Positions 60,059 to 64,000 of a stretch of 64,000 nt of DNA are shown in pieces. The stretch lies in IMG/VR virus record IMGVR_UViG_3300037722_001025, positions 29,022 to 93,021 of that record; one strand, given 5' to 3'. Numbering within the stretch: the stretch's first letter is position 1; each line of letters starts with the position of its first letter. The DNA comes from a virus. A model generated the notes under the pieces. The model saw only the letters and a program-made list of their open reading frames with translations, was not told the origin of the DNA and did no database searches. The position numbers and the translations under genes were made by a program.

Positions 60059-62509
60059 ATGCAATATATAAAAGGCACAGTAGCATTTGTGCAAGATAGT
60101 CCTTATATAGTAGGGACTGGGACCGATTGGGATGCAAGTAATGTTAAGATAGGGCATGAAATTCATCATGCTTCTTATCCTCTTGTTCCTTATATTGTAG
60201 GGTATGTAGATTACAATACCCAACAAATTACACTCACCACTAATTATGCTGGTGCTTCTGATCCTCTTGCTAATTATGTGGTAGCTTCTGAATATACAAC
60301 CAACATAGGTCTTCCTGAACCTGCAGCTGGGGATTTAGATATTCCTGCACTTATTACCAGAGCTTTTCGTAAAATAGATTCGATGTTATCAGAAGCCGGT
60401 TACACTACGACAACTCCTGGTCCTGTTGGAACGACAACTACTCCGGCACCTACAACTACAACTGCTGGTCCCACGACAACTACTCCGGCACCTACAACTA
60501 CCACAACCACCACCACCACAACTTCGACGACTACAACTCTTGGTCCTACTACCACAGTAGCACCAGGTACACTTATGGCTTTTCCTGGTGCTGAAGGATT
60601 CGGAGCAGAAACTCCTCACGGTTCTGGTAGACATGGAGTTCCTACTACAGTTATAAAAGTAACAACTCTCGATCAAGGTGACGTAGCAGGATCTTTGAGA
60701 AGGGCTTTGTCCACTGCTGGACCTAGAATTATTGTATTCGAAGTTAGTGGTGTGATAACTCTAACTACTGATTTGCGGCTTATAGAGCCTTATTGTTGGG
60801 TTGCTGGTCAAACAGCTCCTGATCCTGGCATAACCATCAGAGGCAAAACTTTCATCATTGACACCCATAATGTTTTGATTCAGCATATTAAAGTCAGACC
60901 TGGAGATATCAATCCCACAAATGATCCTAATGATCGTGATGGTTTCCGAATCATGGGGGATGGTGGAAATACTCAGAAGGTTATCATTGATCATTGTTCA
61001 GTTACTTGGTCTGTCGATGAAAATATAAATGCAACACATGGAATAAACAACTGCACCCTAAGCAATTGTTTGGTTGCTGAATGCTTGTTTTATCCAGGAA
61101 TTCGTACAGATGGTGAATTTCATTCAATGGCTATGCTTTTACGTTCAGGGACAACTAACTTTTCTTCCATTAGAAATCTTTTCATTCATAATGCAGATAG
61201 AAACCCTCGTATTACGGATGGCACTTCTGTATTTTATGCCAACAATATTACCTACAATCACAGCAAAAAGCACTATGTTGAAATTGATGGTATACTAGGA
61301 TCAGCTCAACAGTTCACAGCAGTAAATAATAATTGGATTGCTGGAGCAAACACAATTGCAGGTGCTTCTGGTGTCCACATCCAAGTAGAAACCCACGCTA
61401 ACAGTGAAATCTATCAAACGGGTAATATTCTTACTGGTACAGGCCCAATGGTAGAAGATGATACGGCGGAAGGGGTTGTTGTTACTACACCTGCTATTTG
61501 GGATAGTTCTGTCACTCTAAGAACAGCGGCTGAATTGGAAGCTTACTTAGTTCCAAGAGTAGGAGCTAGAGCGGCTGTTCGAGATGACATAGATTCAAGG
61601 ATAATATCTGAATTTTCTACTCGTACAGGAGTGAGAAAAAATACGGTAGAAGGGGCTGGTGGGTGGGATTTGTCTTCTGGATCACATTCTCTCACTCCTC
61701 CTACTGATGTCACTACTGTAGGAGCTTCAGGATATCTATTAGTTGAAGAATGGGTTCATGGCTACTCAGCACTTGTAGAAGTAGCTGAGGTTGGTGCCTC
61801 AACGACCACAACAACTTCTGGGCCTACGACTACCACAACAACTACGACTACAACTGCTAGCTTAATAACCTTCTTGTTTGATGAAAGATTTGAAAGTGGT
61901 TATGATGAAGTATGGTCATTAGGAGAAAATAAGTTGGATGCAGGTTCTTCTTTGAATGAGGATGCTCCTTCTACTTGGGCTACAGATCCTGCTCCATTTG
62001 GATGGGGTGCTAAATGTCTCAGAGCAGAAAACCCAGCAGGAGGTCAATGTTGGATAAAACACCAACCAAGTTGGTCAGGAGCTTTACATTTCAGGTTAGA
62101 GCATGTTTTGGCAGTTGACAATATGTTGCCTGGGGAAGTGAACAGATTCTTTTCTACCAACGTAGGTTCTACTATAGTCTTTATGCTTGAAGCAAGTCGG
62201 GAAGCTGTGACCAATAATCTCAGAGTTCGATTTAATATCAATAATGATGGTTCTGGTACTGATAGCTTCTATTTTTATATAGAGAATAACGTTTTGTATC
62301 GGCATGAAGTCAAGTATGACATGGTTAATGACTTGTGGGAATGGAAAGTAAATGGAGTGACTCAGGCATCTGGTTCGCTTTCCGGCACTCACCCCACTAC
62401 TATAAACAACGTGTTTCTTGGGTCAGGTTTGAGTTCTGATACTCCTCGATGTGTTCATTACTTCGATAGATTTGGGGTCAGCACTGATGGTTGGATAGGA
62501 GATGCTTGA
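60059..62509 (+). CDS. Tail spike / depolymerase with PL1 pectate-lyase-like beta-helix, Thr-rich linkers and C-terminal lectin-like domain
   Basis: AFPGAEGFG, GSLRRAL..GPRIIVFEVSG, IIDHCSVTWSVDE, RNPR; poly-Thr/PAP linkers. Confidence 0.85.
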   Translation: MQYIKGTVAFVQDSPYIVGTGTDWDASNVKIGHEIHHASYPLVPYIVGYVDYNTQQITLTTNYAGASDPLANYVVASEYTTNIGLPEPAAGDLDIPALITRAFRKIDSMLSEAGYTTTTPGPVGTTTTPAPTTTTAGPTTTTPAPTTTTTTTTTTSTTTTLGPTTTVAPGTLMAFPGAEGFGAETPHGSGRHGVPTTVIKVTTLDQGDVAGSLRRALSTAGPRIIVFEVSGVITLTTDLRLIEPYCWVAGQTAPDPGITIRGKTFIIDTHNVLIQHIKVRPGDINPTNDPNDRDGFRIMGDGGNTQKVIIDHCSVTWSVDENINATHGINNCTLSNCLVAECLFYPGIRTDGEFHSMAMLLRSGTTNFSSIRNLFIHNADRNPRITDGTSVFYANNITYNHSKKHYVEIDGILGSAQQFTAVNNNWIAGANTIAGASGVHIQVETHANSEIYQTGNILTGTGPMVEDDTAEGVVVTTPAIWDSSVTLRTAAELEAYLVPRVGARAAVRDDIDSRIISEFSTRTGVRKNTVEGAGGWDLSSGSHSLTPPTDVTTVGASGYLLVEEWVHGYSALVEVAEVGASTTTTTSGPTTTTTTTTTTASLITFLFDERFESGYDEVWSLGENKLDAGSSLNEDAPSTWATDPAPFGWGAKCLRAENPAGGQCWIKHQPSWSGALHFRLEHVLAVDNMLPGEVNRFFSTNVGSTIVFMLEASREAVTNNLRVRFNINNDGSGTDSFYFYIENNVLYRHEVKYDMVNDLWEWKVNGVTQASGSLSGTHPTTINNVFLGSGLSSDTPRCVHYFDRFGVSTDGWIGDA

Positions 62510-63891
62510 TGAAATTAACAATAGGTATGGCCTCTTACAATAATAAATATGAAGTTTGGTCTACAGTCCAAGCACTCAGAATATACCACGATATGCAGGA
62601 TACTGAGATTGTTATTATAGATAATTTTGGAGATCCTTCTTTAGAAAATTGGGCTTCCGGCCAATCAAATGTCAATTATTTCAAAGAAACTGAAGTTGTA
62701 GGCACTGCTTATCCTAGGGATATGATTTTCAAACGGGCTAAAGGGGAATGGGTTCTAGTGATTGATTCCCATGTACTTCTATTCCCAGGAGTAGTAAAAA
62801 GAATTCGAGATTGGTGTGATGCACACAAAGATTGTAAGGATCTTCTTCATGGTCCTATTGTTTTTGATGATCTTACTTCTATGGCTAAAGACATGCACTC
62901 TAAATGGGGAGCCAAGATGTGGGGTGTATGGAATCAAGTCAAAGTTCATCCTGAAGAAGATCCTTTTGAAATTGAAATGCACGGAATGGGGTTATATCTT
63001 TGTCGTAAAGATGCTTGGTTAGGGTATACAAAAGGCGTGAGTGGATTTGGTGGAGAAGAAGGAGTGATCCACGAGAAATTCAGAAGAGTTGGAAGAAAAG
63101 TATTTCTTTTGCCTTGGATGCAGTGGTGCCACTACTTTAGAAACAGTGGTGGTGGCCAAGAAAAAATACCATACCCGCTTCCTATTGGTGATAGAATTAG
63201 AAATTATTATTTAGGGTTCATTGAGGTGGGTTTAGACCTACAACCTCTTATTGATAATTTTGGTGAATCTGAAATAAACAAACTTAGGCATTTAGCACCA
63301 CCAGTTAAATTCTCAGTAGTTTATTACAGTGATCTTCGTAACCCAGAATCAATACGAACATACTGCTTGAATAATTTAAGAGAGTTGGTTACAAAATTAG
63401 GTGGTGAATTTATATCTTCTATCAAGACTGATGGTTCTCCCAGTCATGAGAGATTGTACACCCAGATATTAGAAGGTATAGAACAAGCTGAATCTGACAG
63501 GATATTTTTAGCTGAGGATGATGTCTTGTATCCAGAAGATCATTTTACTAGACCGCCTAAAATTTCTACTTTTGGGTACAATAAAAATGTTTGGCATATA
63601 TCTAAGCAAGGATATTTCGACAATGATTGGACTGGTTCTTTTCTGTCGGCTTGTTTCGGCAATAAGTCGGCTTTACAAGAAGTTATAACTAAAAAACTTA
63701 AGGAGGCAAAATCGGGAAAACTCATTCATGCTGAACCAGAACAAGCCGAGTGTATTTGGCGTACTAGAAATCCCATTTTGGATATTAGACACGGGGAGAA
63801 TTTTACTGGTATGAGAAATTCCAATCAAGTAGTTGACCATCTTCCTTATTGGGGAAACCATCTCGAATTGTGTGATAAATTACAGCTTTAA
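62509..63891 (+). CDS. Two-domain GT-A (family 2-like) glycosyltransferase
   Basis: LTIGMASYN, EIVIIDN, AKGEWVLVIDSH, GFGGEE; second domain IFLAEDDVLYP...H. Confidence 0.85.
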   Translation: MKLTIGMASYNNKYEVWSTVQALRIYHDMQDTEIVIIDNFGDPSLENWASGQSNVNYFKETEVVGTAYPRDMIFKRAKGEWVLVIDSHVLLFPGVVKRIRDWCDAHKDCKDLLHGPIVFDDLTSMAKDMHSKWGAKMWGVWNQVKVHPEEDPFEIEMHGMGLYLCRKDAWLGYTKGVSGFGGEEGVIHEKFRRVGRKVFLLPWMQWCHYFRNSGGGQEKIPYPLPIGDRIRNYYLGFIEVGLDLQPLIDNFGESEINKLRHLAPPVKFSVVYYSDLRNPESIRTYCLNNLRELVTKLGGEFISSIKTDGSPSHERLYTQILEGIEQAESDRIFLAEDDVLYPEDHFTRPPKISTFGYNKNVWHISKQGYFDNDWTGSFLSACFGNKSALQEVITKKLKEAKSGKLIHAEPEQAECIWRTRNPILDIRHGENFTGMRNSNQVVDHLPYWGNHLELCDKLQL

Positions 63892-64000
63892 CTTTCAAAG
63901 TCAGGAGACACCTAATGGAGCCAATGACTGTAATTATTTCCCAAGAAGCAGTACTGTACTTTAAAGTTTTCACCTGGGTATTGGGTGGTTTGTTTGGGCT

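Noticed and set aside
1-64000. tRNA genes, integrase/repressor, DNA polymerase, lysin, alternative genetic code
   Set aside because: None recognisable here; long genes translate intact with the standard code; such genes may lie outside the window

Overview
This window is a large part of a tailed dsDNA phage genome, probably a siphovirus: it has a tail tube, a frameshifted tail assembly chaperone and a 2127-aa tape measure protein, and no sheath gene. It has two divergent arms. The leftward arm (1-29.1 kb, minus strand) holds many small early genes driven by a conserved sigma70-like promoter, a replication module (SF2 helicase, primase, putative initiator, DnaB-like helicase, HU) and a 7-deazaguanine pathway (folE, queD, queE) with an extra radical SAM enzyme. 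The rightward arm (29.8-64 kb, plus strand) holds terminase, portal, protease/scaffold, decoration protein, major capsid, neck, tail, tail-tip and pectate-lyase spike genes, and a glycosyltransferase. The most striking signal lies at the junction of the arms, the likely genome end. A 1015-bp stretch (28361-29375) has no GG or CC dinucleotide at all. It carries a complete expression unit (promoter, GG-less RBS, gene, hairpin) for a winged-HTH-like protein with no Gly, Pro or Trp, whereas its two paralogues elsewhere in the window do use these residues. It abuts a GG/CC-dense block of CACATTCCCACGG repeats on one side and direct repeats before terS on the other. This suggests a first-injected 'invisible' segment, either free of PAM/recognition sites or free of base modification. 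Other notable items are a C4/CI-like structured RNA leader before the initiator, a JAB deconjugase between terL and portal, a cassette of signal-peptide-bearing fibre/lectin proteins in the tail module, and an HNH gene split at a canonical -1 slippery site. All functional calls come from motif recognition and gene order; no database searches were run.
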